From: an uncultured virus (IMG/VR IMGVR_UViG_2061766007_004303) | Taxonomy: Duplodnaviria; Heunggongvirae; Uroviricota; Caudoviricetes | Strand: one strand, 5' to 3' | IMG/VR virus record: IMGVR_UViG_2061766007_004303 | DNA length: 28,511 bases | Shown: piece after piece, positions 10,227-20,779 of the stretch | Layout: each line of letters starts with the position of its first letter | How positions within the stretch are numbered: the first letter of the stretch is position 1 | Notes under the pieces: model-generated | The model's input: only the letters and a program-made list of their open reading frames with translations | Database searches by the model: none | Told to the model about the DNA's origin: nothing | Translations under genes and position numbers: made by a program

Positions 10227-10370
10227 TTAATCCAGGTCATCATCACTCGGCTCTTCGCCGCCACTGGGCTGGGTTTCCCCGTAGAGCACCGGCGTCGAGA
10301 CAGCCGTGATGTCGAGGATGGCAGGAGCCTCGTAGGGCTCCTGCGCGAAGGATTTGTTTTCAAATTTCAT
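10227..10370 (-). CDS. Putative RiPP precursor peptide, 47 aa: MKFENKSFAQEPYEAPAILDITAVSTPVLYGETQPSGGEEPSDDDLD
   Basis: Translated by hand; it is below the ORF-track cutoff. An AAAGGA RBS sits 10 nt upstream. YEAPAI matches the YxxPxL RRE-binding leader motif, the tail is acidic and Ser/Thr/Gly-rich, and it sits at the head of a kinase/PqqD/peptidase/ABC cluster. Confidence 0.85.
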   Translation of the reverse strand: MKFENKSFAQEPYEAPAILDITAVSTPVLYGETQPSGGEEPSDDDLD

Positions 10371-10413
10371 AGTTTGTTATCCTTTCTTTGTAAGGTTTGT
10401 TGTTGGTTGATGA

Positions 10414-13400
10414 TTAAGCGAGCTGCGAGAGGACCATGGCGTTGTTCTCGTCGATGCTCAGCTTGTAGTCCGCGGTGACCCATGCGCCTTCCTCGAAGCT
10501 GGCACCAACGCCGTCGAACTTGACGGAATCGGACTTGAAGCTGTCGAAGCCCGCGAAGTTCGTGGTGTCGCCGAAGAGCGTCCAGGAGTCGAGCCCGGTG
10601 GCCTCGAAGTAGTCGCCGATACCCTTCAGAGTCAGCGTGTCGCCCGCGAAGTCGTTGATGAACGCGCCGTTCAGCGTGCTGCCGGCTTCGAACGTCCAGT
10701 TCTCGACATTGGACAGCCTGACCGTGTTCTGCAGCGTGGCGTTGGTGTCGAATCTGTCTTCGTCAAGGAGCTCTTCGCCGTTGCTCAGGACCTCGACATC
10801 GGAGAAGCCGGAGACGAGGCGGGAATTGATTGCGGCCTGGAAACCGGTGAAGGAGAGCGTGCGAGANNNNNNNNNNNNNNNNNNNNNNNNNNNNNNNNTA
10901 GTCCGAACCGCAGCCGCCCCAGATTTCCTTGACGACCAGAGCATCGGCATCGTCGGACTGTCCGGCCAGCGTCAGCTTCGTGGTCTCGACCTTGCCGGAA
11001 CCGAAGGAACCGACGAACAGGCAGCCAGCCATGTTGATCTTCTCGGCGCCGCCGACCGTGAGGGTCACGTTGGAGGATTCGACAAACGTGCAGGAAGAAG
11101 AGGACTTCTTGTTGCCGTAGTTGCCGCCGTACACATCCTTCGCGAACGAACCGCCGTTGATCTTCAGGTTGGTGCTTCCGACTTCCACGGAACCCTGCAG
11201 GTTTTCACCCTGGTACAGGATGCCGGTGGCAACGTAGTTCCCGAAGGTACCGCCGTTGATCGTCAGGTTGATGTCGGCGAGATTGCCTTGCGCATCTTCA
11301 CGGTAATAGACGGCTCTGCCGCTTGCAACGTTGATTCTGTCGCCGCCAACCACGACCTTCGTGAAGCTCCCACCCTCAATCGCGATATTGATATCACCAC
11401 CGAGGTTCACGCCGGCGCGTCCCGTCGTAGCTTCGGTATACTTGCCGCCGTAAATACCGACGGNNNNNNNNNNNNNNNNNNNNNNNNNAACTGCCGTTGC
11501 CCTGGAGGAACAGCGTCGAGGTCGCGCCGCCTTCGATGACCACGTTATCGGCGTAGTACACATTCTCATCACTATCTTTCCAAGAGTAGTTAAGAGCCTT
11601 GTTGATGGCCGTGTTGCCGGTAGCCGTGATCACATTGGTGGCGTCCTTAATCAGGGTGAGTGTCTTCCCTTCCGCATCGAAGGCAAAGTACTTCTTCCAG
11701 TTGTTGGAGGCGTTTTTCCCGCTGATCGTGAGATTGTTATTGCGGAGACCTTCCGTAATACCAGTGATGGTAGCAGGAGCCGTATTCTTCGTGGCCGTGA
11801 GTCCGGTCACGTCAACATCGATTGTGCCGGAGAAGGGCTTCGTGGCAGGAAGAGTGAAGGCCAGCGTGGAGCTGACATCCGTGTAGATCTTGCCTTTGCC
11901 AGTGAGCGTACCGAGGTCGACAGTCATATTGCCGGACGGATTCTCGTCATCCTTATTGGTGGCATAGAACTCACCATCAATTTGCGAGGAGCTAGCCGTG
12001 AAGCTGAAGCCCTGATCGGCCTCGATCACGGAATTTGCGCCCAGCGTGAGCTTGCCGGTGATCGTGGTGTCGCGGTCGAACTCGACTTCGGAGGACGACG
12101 TGGTGCCGCTGATGGTGACATTGCCATTGATCGTGGCGACTCCATCGAAGTCCATGTCAGAATTCGTGATCACGACATTGCCATGGACGATGGTTGCGTC
12201 GGTCTTGGTGAGCTCGTCGGAGTTGACGCGGGAGTCGCCGGTGATCGACAGGACGGTCGCAGAAGATCCCTCGATTCCGATCGTGACAGCGCCTTCGAAA
12301 TCAACTTCGGATCCATTTTTGATGGTGACGGTATTGGCCGTCGCGCCTTCTTCGATGAAGACAACCGAATCATCGATGGTCACAGCTTTCGCCGAGAATT
12401 CGCCGAACGTAACGTCCGCATTCTCCTGGATGGTGACGCTCTTGCTCTCGGAGAAGTCGGCGCCTTCGAACACAGCGGTCGCGGCGGCAATGGAGACGGT
12501 CGCGTTTGTACCGGTAGCGACGTCATTGATGAACTCGATGGATCCGGCGGTAATACCTTCATCATCATCATTAGGCTCTGTCACCTCGGACGCGATGATC
12601 AGGTTGTTGAAATTGAACGTACCAGCAACCAGTCTGCCGGTGGCATTGATCATGTCAACGGTAAGATCCTGCGTTGCAGAGAGGTTCAGATTCAGGTTGC
12701 CGTAAGCATCTTCCTGAGGCACGAAATGGATAAACTCGGTATCATCCGCGATCTGCGTGATGGCATTGGCGGAGGTGAAAGCATTCACAGCATACACATA
12801 TCCATGACCGGCAAACGAGAAGGACTCACCGGGGGCATACTCAGTTGCAAGATCGCTGTACACAAGCAGCTCGGTCATGTCGGCATCGCCGCCGAAGAGG
12901 TACACACCCTTGTTATCACCGTCGTTCTTGACGAAGACCTGGAGATCAGGATTGTTCACAACAATGTCGCCGTTGTTCGCCAGGGTTCCGGTCACGGAGA
13001 TGACCCTCACCGTGTTGTCTTCTCCCAGGACGAACTGGCTGGCGTCGATCGTGATCGTGCCATTGTTGGTGAAATTCTTGACCGTGAACGCGGATTCGAC
13101 GTTGACATTGGCATTGGCATTGTTCACGAAATTGCCCGTCTGAATCGCAGCAGCGTCTTCAGCGGCGTCGATCGTGATCGTGCCACTGTTCGTGACAGCG
13201 CCGAACACGCCGCCGGCGATCGTGAGTTCACCGAGGTTCGTGACAGCGGCGGTATTGCCTGTTTCGCCGACAATAGAAACGGAGGCTGTGGAGGCTGTGA
13301 TGTCGAGCGTGCCGCCCTTGACCATTGCGGTGACGTTTGCGCCGTCAGCCAGCGTGATGGTGCCGGTGAGCTTGCTGATATTCAGGCTGGCGGTGCCACT

Positions 13401-16400
13401 GACCTTGAACGATGCGCCAGCTGCATTGGTAGTGACAGTGGCAGCGGTCACATTGACAGCGCTGATCGAATCGGTGTTCACGATATTGCCGGCGGAGATG
13501 TTGCTGGCATTGATCGTGCCGTTGTTCGTGATGTCGCCAGTCGTCGTGATCTCGACGGCTTTTCCTTCGGCGCCGATGCTGCCGGAGTTGTCGATCGCGT
13601 CGGCATCAATGCTGCCGGCTTCGATCGTGCCGGCGTTGCTGATGGAAGCGCCGCTGATATTGCCGGTGACAATGATCTCACCGGCATTGTTGGTGATGTC
13701 GCCGTCGGCCNNNNNNNNNNNNNNNNNNNNNNNNNNNNNNNNNNNNNNNNNNNNNNNNNNNNNNNNNNNNNNNNNNNNNNNNNNNNNNNNNNNNNNNNGC
13801 GCCGCTGATATCGCCGGAGACGGTAACTTGACCGGCGTTGTCGATGTCGCCGTCGGCCTCAATGCTGCCGGCTTCGATAAAACCATCGCCAGTAGTAGCA
13901 TTATACGCTCCGTTGGTCAGGGTTGTTGCCGTGATCGTGCCCTCTTCGCCAGTCTGGAGATAGCCGTCATTCGTGATCGCATTGGCACTAACGCTGCTGC
14001 CAACAACAGCCTTGGCTCCGGCTTCGTTTACGAACGTACCATCCTCGGAAGTGATATTGATCGCTCCAACGTCGATCTCATTCTTGTTTACGATGGAGCC
14101 GGCATTCAGCGTACCGGCAAAGACATCGCCATAGAGGTTGTTGGTGAGTGCGCCGGTGACGGTAAGAGTTGTAAGTTTTTTACCTTCAACCTGCGAACCG
14201 ACCGTACCGTAGTTCGTAATGGAAGCAGCGGTAATATTGGCGGCGGTGATAAGGGATTTATCAACGGGCTCAGTTGCTCCGTTATCAATGCCGTTCACGA
14301 TATCGCCGGCGGTCAGATCGCCAGTGACCTCAATGCTGCCGACGCCAACNNNNNNNNNNNNNNCGTTGGTGATAGCGGGACGAAGACCAGTCGTCTTGTT
14401 CGGGGTCAGGGTCAGGTTGCCCGTGACATTGATGCTGCCGGCATTGTTCGTGATCGCGCCGGAGCCCGTCACATTGCCGCTGGCGGCAAAGGTTCCGTCA
14501 ATGGCTTCGGCGGTCTTTGTGCCCTTCGTGCCGTTCGTGATCGAACCGACCGCGATTCCGGTATCAGCACTTTCGGCGGTCAGAGACACTGTTCCGGCTT
14601 TGACCGAGACGCTGCTGAAGCTCTTGCCCGTGAGGGTGACGCTTCCGGCATTGTTGATGATACCGCCGACGGTGCTCGCGCTGCCGCTAACCGTACCATC
14701 GTTCGTGATTCTTCCGGTCTTCGTAACGCTAGTGAGCGTGAGCGTACCGGCGTTCGTGATCGCGGAAGCAACAGAAGTACCGGAAACGAGAGTTGCCGCA
14801 GTATTAGCCGCAACATTGAGCGTGCCGCCCTTGGCGATGGTCGCCTTGACGTTTGCGCCATCGTCCAGCGTGATGGTGCCGGTGAGCGAGCTGCTGGTTC
14901 CGGAAATATTCAGCGTGGAGTTGCCGCCGACCGTGAACGTTGCGCCCTCCGCACTGGTATCGACTACCGTCGCACTCAGCGTGGAGCCGGAAACCTTGAT
15001 CGCGCGGCTGTTCTCGATGGTACCGGCCGTCAGGCTGGAGGAAGCACCGGTAACATTGATCGTGCCGCCGTTCTCNNNNNNNNNNNNNNNNNNNNNNNNN
15101 NNNNNNNCTTTTGCGGTCGGAATGGTGAAGCCTTCATCATAGAAACGGATACGGCTGAACTGGGCATTCGTGTTGTTCAGCGCCAGGGTGCCGCCATCCG
15201 TGAAGGTGAGACGCTGCATCTTGAACTGCGGTTCGGCCTCAGCATTGCCGTTGACAGTCAGACTGCCGTTCACGCGGATGTAGGTGCACTGCTGATCTTC
15301 GCCCTCGGACACGCCGGTGCCGTTATACTCGCTGATCACAGAACCGGTCTCGGAAACCGTCACGGACGAATAGGGATTGACCTGAATGAAGGACTTGATG
15401 TCGCCGTTGACAGTCAGGTTGACAGCGCCTGCGGTACGCGTGAATTTGCCCGTGTCAGTGTTGTAATCAGATTCATCCAGCGATTCGCCGACTTTCAGCA
15501 TGGAACCACCGTTCAGCTTGGCGCNNNNNNNNNNTGATCTTCGTCCTGGGTCACGCCGGTGCCGTTAGACTCGCTGATCACGGAACCGGTCTTGGAAACC
15601 GTCACGGACGAATAGGGATTGACCTGAATGAAGGACTTGATGGCGCCGTTGACAGTCAGTTTGACAGCGCCTGCGGTACGCGTGAATTTGCCCGTTTGAG
15701 TGTTGTAATCAGATTTATCCAGCGATTCGCCGACTTTCAGCATGGAACCACCGTTCAGCTTGGCGCCTTCAGCGAGAATGAACTCGGGGAGCGTGGCTTG
15801 AGCGATCGGAGTTTCGCCGTCCTTGTCGTAGACTACGAAGGAGTTACCTTCCTTCTTGTAGATGATATCGTGCATCAGATAGAGGCGTTCCGTGAAGGAA
15901 GCGCCGCCCGCGCCGGTGGTGATGGTAACAGTGGGCTGATCCGTGTAGAACAGGGTTCTGCCGTCAGTGATCGCTCCGGTGAGCACGAGATTCTTCGCGT
16001 TCACAGCGGCAGCTTTGACATCCTGATCAACGCCTGTGGCGCTGTAGGACAGGGCAGAATCTCTCAGGCTGGCAAACGCATTGTAGCCGTAGATGTGACC
16101 ATCAGATGTTTTCTCACCAGGGGTAAGATCCTCGTCCGCATAAGCACTGTTGATGTAAAGCGTCTCGTTGTTCTGGCCTTTCGTAAGCCAAAGACCGGTA
16201 TCAAGCTTGATAAGGCCATAGGTCTCGTCTCCGAGCTTGATGGATCCCGCTTGCGCTCCGTCAACCGTAAACGTGACATCAGCACCAATCGTACCATTAA
16301 TGAGCTGGTAGAGGTCCCATTCGGGCGCCGATCCAGTGTCAAAACCGGAAACAAGGTTGATCGTGCCGGAGGAGATGTTGGCGTTAAGCTTCGTGGCTTC

Positions 16401-18617
16401 GCCAACCGTGAGAGTAACTGCGGCATCTTCCGCAATCGCGAAATTAGTGGCGGTGATGACGCTGTCCGCACCGAAGGAGGAATCGCCGAGGGTAGCGCCT
16501 TCGGCGAACGTGATTGTGCCGGTGAACTTGCCGATATTCAGCTCGGTTTCGGCGTCGGAAACGGTGAAGGTAGCGTTATTGGTGATGCTGTTCGCGTTCA
16601 GGGAACCGGCAACAGCGAAATTGCCTTCGTTTGTGATAGCATCAAATTTATTCTCGCCGCTGAAAACAACATTGAGCTGAGTTGTGACAGAACCCTTGTC
16701 GATTCTGCTGTCCGTGATCGTCGTCGTCTTCTGGGCATCAACGCTCTTGATCGTCATATTCGTTTCGCCGAGATCACTGATTTTCAGCGTCGAATTGCCG
16801 CGGACCTGAGCGGAGGCGGCGGTAATCGTATTAGCCGTGATATTGGACGTAATGAAAGCAAGAGCTTTCCCTTCTGCTGTGATCTCGTCGGCAATCACAG
16901 TTGCAGACGTGATGGTGAGGCCAACGCTGCTGATGAGATCGCCTTCTTCGCCGAGATCCACGGTGCTGCCCGCTTCCAGGGAGAGGGAGCCGCCATCGAC
17001 CGTCAGAGAAGAAGCATTCAGGGTAGCGTTTTTGGCGAGCGTGAGGGAGCTGCCGCTGTTGTTGGTGACAGCACCGGCAGTCAGCGTGCCGTTGACGGTG
17101 ATCTTGCCGTTGTTGGTGATGGTGGAGAGGATGCTGTTTTCGCCGCTGAACGTAACGGTGTTCGGCGTTTCAACTTCGTCCACAAGATAGGTCGCGGGGA
17201 TGCTGACCTTGCCGCCGCTGATGGAGGAAGCAGAGATGGTGGCGTTCTGAAGTGTGATCGTGCTGTTGCCGGAGACAGTGCCAATATTCAGAGAGCTTAC
17301 GCCTTCGACGACAAATGCGCAGGAAGAGGTAAGAGAAAGGGATTCCGCAGTGACAGAGGAATCAGTGATCTCGTACGTGGCGCCGCTGTCGCCGGAGATG
17401 GAGGACGCAACGACGGTTGCGTTGTGTTCCAGACCGATAAGGCCTTTGGTGTTCGAAAGGCTGACCCTCTTCTCCGCAGAACCGAGGACAACGTTCGCGC
17501 CGTCGCTGATGATCTTGGAGTCTGCACCGGAGTTCACGATCGAAGCAGTATAGATTTTTCCCGCAGCAGCAATGTTGAGAGTGCCTTTGTTCGTAATGGT
17601 CGCATAAAGGTCGTTCTCGCCAGAGATGGAAACCGTAGGATTCGAAGACCAGGACTGGATCGTAGCTTTCGTGCCGGACTCGGAACCAATCTTAGAACCA
17701 TTGATCTGACTGTTTGCCATCATGTAGAGCGTACCGGCGGTGAGGCTTCCAAAATCAAAAGTATTGGTTCCGGAAAGTCTCATATCGGCAAGAGTGGCCG
17801 TAGTGGCTTTNNNNNNNNNNNNNNNNNNNNNNNNNNNNNCGCTTGGTGGAGGAAATAGTCGCAGCTTCGATTTTTGCACTTCCGAGCTTAACATACTTGG
17901 AGCTGGCGATACCATTCAGGTTGACGGTACCGGTACCGGAAATATCGATAGTATTGTCCTCAAGAGTATTGGTGTTGATCTCAATGGTGCCAGTACCGCT
18001 GAATTTTCCAGCGACATTGCCCTTGACAATATTGAAGGTACCGTCGTTGGTAACGGTCGTGGCGGTAANNNNNNNNNNNNNNNNNCGTTGTTGTTGACGG
18101 TCGTGGCGGCAAACGCAGCGCCATCGGTCAGGTTGAACGTGGCAGTATTAACAACGTTTGCAACGTCGAAAATGGCGTTGCTGACGGTCACGCTGTTATT
18201 GTTCGTGAACGTTGCATTGCTCGTGAACGTAACGGGGGTGGCTTCTTCTCCCGTGGCTGCATTGTTATTGAAAATGCTGATCGTGCCGTTATTGATGAAA
18301 TCCGTGGCAGTGAGGGCGAAGGACGTGGTCGCGTAGGAGGGGTCGGCGGGGGGTTCGGCAGTGGGGTCGGCGTACAGCACGCTGGAAATGGTCATATTCG
18401 TGCGCGCAGCGATCTCAACGGGGACGTCCGAGTTCTTCATGGTATAGCTTCCGCCATAAACCGTGAACGTTTCCGGCTTTGTGCCTTCATTTTTGTAGTT
18501 GAGGTACGCTTCCGCGAAACGATCGTATGCTTTGTAGCCTTCTTCAGTCAGTGCATCAATAGTCTCGCCGGTGAAGGATTCCTGCAGGAGATAAGTGTCT
18601 TTAGTAAATTCAGACAT
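10414..18617 (-). CDS. Giant (>=2700 aa) T/G/N/S/A-rich beta-strand repeat surface or secreted protein
   Basis: Consecutive minus-strand ORFs of the same composition (ITNNGTI-type repeats) are broken only at N-gaps. It starts MSEFTKDTYLL with an AAAGGA RBS and ends ...YKLSIDENNAMVLSQLA*. No signal peptide, autotransporter barrel or sortase motif was seen. Confidence 0.8.
15299..15764 (-). repeat. Internal duplicated module in the giant protein
   Basis: Two diverged copies of MLKVGESLD.SDYNT.TGKFTRTAGAV.LTVNG.IKSFIQVNPYSSVTVS.TGSVISE.NGTGV...EDQ flank the N-gap at 15525-15534. Confidence 0.85.
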
Positions 18618-18821
18618 TGTTTTTTCCTTTGTTTTGCTGTTTTAGTACAGCGGTTTGTAAGAAAAAGAATTGATTGGTTCGAAGTTCAAGAAAGAAGGGG
18701 TGTATACCCCGCGTGCGAAGTGAGAGTTTTTGCCTCCTTGGTTGAGGTTGTGGGAGAGGTAGCGGGGCGTCCCGCAGACGAGAAGGGAATGATTCCTTGC
18801 GACTCCTTTCTTGATGTTATT

Positions 18822-18827
18822 ATTATA
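18822..18827 (-). promoter_or_regulatory. Candidate -10 box (TATAAT) for the giant-protein/precursor transcript
   Basis: A perfect TATAAT in an AT-rich patch ~205 nt upstream of ATG 18617. The -35 match is weak. Confidence 0.4.
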
Positions 18828-19122
18828 TATAGAGGGTAAAAGAAAATGCGAAAACACAACAGGAACTCTCCGCCCGGCATCATTGAGCTGGGCGAAGGCC
18901 TCTTGTTGAGCTTTCGCATACGTATATTTAAAAGAGGAGGAAACGCGTGTCATAGCCGCAGGGCCCTTTCCATGGCGGGGTGAACGGAACGGAAGGCGGC
19001 AACGGCACGAAACCGTTCGGACTTGGCGGAAGCAGTGCGCGAGAAGGAGAAATAGGAACGCGCACGCATCCAGTCGGCCGAGACCGTAATGGCGACGGAC
19101 GACGAAAGGAAACGCCATCCTA

Positions 19123-19703
19123 CATCGCAGAGCGAACCCGGCACAGAAAAGAAGGCAAAGCCCTCCACAAAAGCTGTTCCATGCTTTGATTTTGCACAGG
19201 GCCGCATTCCGTCGTGACCCGGAACGCGAATGAGCGGAACACTGGAGGAGAGTTGTGCACAATCGGGGTACTCTGAGATGCAGGTGGCGGGGACGCTGGG
19301 CCTCCACTGCGGAAGTGTCGTGTTTCGCGACGACACGAGGGAGAGCAGGCCCTCCACGGGGGCAGTGCCGTACTTTGCTGCAGCACGNNNNNNNNNNGCA
19401 TCGCAGAGCGAACCCGGCACAGAAAAGAAGGCAAAGCCCTCCACAAAAGCTGTTCCATGCTTTGATTTGGCACAGGGCCGCATTCCGTCGTGACCCGAAA
19501 CGCGAATGAGCGGAACACTGGAGGAGAAATGTGCGTAATCGGGATACTTTGAGATGCCGGTGGCGGAAAGCAAACCCTCCACTGCAGCAGTGCCGTACTT
19601 CGCGACGGGGAGGCAGGGCCTCCACTGCGAAAGTGCCGTGTTTCGCGACGGCACGGAGTACAAGCTCTCCGCTGAGGTGGCAGTGAACTCCGCGGCAGCA
19701 CGG
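19123..19703. repeat. Tandem ~276-bp duplication built from degenerate ~45-bp CCTCCAC...GTGCCGT units
   Basis: 19123-19251 and 19399-19527 match at 127/129 nt, then diverge. Shorter units beginning (G/C)CCTCCAC recur several times. The N-gap at 19388-19397 lies between the copies. Confidence 0.8.
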
Positions 19704-19815
19704 AGGGAAAGGGAAAGCGCCGACAAGGACGTGGACAAATCCCCACCGACGCAGAAAGCTGAGGAGGAATTGAACAGAGATTGAACAACGGCGGGTGCCT
19801 GCGCGNNNNNNNNNN

Positions 19816-20224
19816 AGAACCGTTCATGACGGTGATCGTGGTATTGGCGTTCGGATTGAAAACGGCCTTATCCGAGACATTCATCACGGAGTTGTCGAGA
19901 GTCAATTTGACAATCTGTTTGCTCTTAACTTCCGCAGTCTCAGAGGCACCGTAAACGAAGAAGTTATAGCCGCCTTCGATGTTGTCGAGTTTATTGTTAT
20001 TGGTATCGACTGCGGCGAATTTGTCCACGATGGAGTTCGTCACCGTGATCGTGGCTGTTCCGGTCGGAATGGTGAAGTTTTCATCATAGAAACGGATACG
20101 GCTGAACTGGGCACTCGTGTCGTTCAGTGCCAGGGTGCCGCCATCCGCGAAGGTGAGACGCTGCATCTTGAACTGGACCGGTTTGTCTTCGACTTCAGCA
20201 TCGCCGTTGACAGTCAGGCTGCCG
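19816..20224 (-). other. Gap-flanked variant segment of the giant protein gene
   Basis: GSLTVNGDAEVEDKPVQFKMQRLTFADGGTLALNDTSAQFSRIRFYDENFTIPT resembles 15115-15267 (GSLTVNGNAEAEPQFKMQRLTFTDGGTLALNNTNAQFSRIRFYDEGFTIPT) but is not identical. Confidence 0.8.
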
Positions 20225-20489
20225 NNNNNNNNNNGAGGGAAGAGCCTTTGAACGTGAGGTCGGGACGCGTCGAGGCGGAAGTGGACTTGAATTGTGCCTG
20301 GAAAAGGGCGTCAGGCGTGAAGACACGGAGCGACGCGGGCACAGTTGTCCCACGGTCGATGAGATGCCTCTGCATGCATGTCGTGTTGTACGATTCTGTC
20401 ATGTCCGGTCTTCCAAATATTGTATTTTGAGCTCAAAAGTGAGTATCAAAGCGCTTTTTTCTTTGTGCGCGATACTCTATCTTATCATT

Positions 20490-20518
20490 ACAATACACTG
20501 GTAATCCGAAAAAGTCAA
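20490..20518 (-). promoter_or_regulatory. sigma70-type promoter
   Basis: The minus strand reads TTGACT-N17-TATTGT, with a T-rich UP-like tract upstream. It points toward the ORF starting at 20402 and the repeat region. Confidence 0.55.
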
Positions 20519-20598
20519 GAAAAAAAGCGAAAAAAAATTAAAAAAGTTGCGAATTGTGGTTTGAAAAAGTAAACGCACGGGAAAGAAAAAGGCAGGGT

Positions 20599-20753
20599 GC
20601 GTTTAGTCTGACAAAGGGATGGTGTGCGTTTAGTATGACAGAAAAGGGAAGAGCGTTTAGTTTGACACAAGAGTTTCCGGACAGGAAGCAGTTTGTTAAA
20701 ATGAGGCATTGGATTTGGTCCTCCCCTAGGGGGGGAGTGCGTTTAGTATGACA
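20599..20753 (+). repeat. Four GCGTTTAGTNTGACA direct repeats upstream of the IS30 transposase
   Basis: Copies at 20599, 20626 and 20653 (27-bp period) and at 20739. A CTCCCC/GGGGAG hairpin lies just before the last copy. Confidence 0.85.
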
Positions 20754-20779
20754 AAACCTCAAACAAGAAAGGAGTTGTC

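Noticed and set aside
10227..10370. Canonical lasso peptide call
   Set aside because: No Thr at -2 of the plausible core start, and no cyclase or B2 protease is visible. It remains possible only if those genes are hidden in gaps or elsewhere.
10637..18336. Long plus-strand ORFs (e.g. 11982-13808, 13174-15537, 15696-17858)
   Set aside because: They are antisense shadows of the giant gene caused by its biased codon usage, with no recognisable motifs.
19123..19703. CRISPR array or integron attC array
   Set aside because: The units are too degenerate, lack unique constant-length spacers and GTTRRRY/RYYYAAC ends, and no cas or intI gene is present.
20599..20753. Mini-CRISPR
   Set aside because: The repeats are 15 bp with 12-bp gaps, too short, and they sit directly before a transposase.
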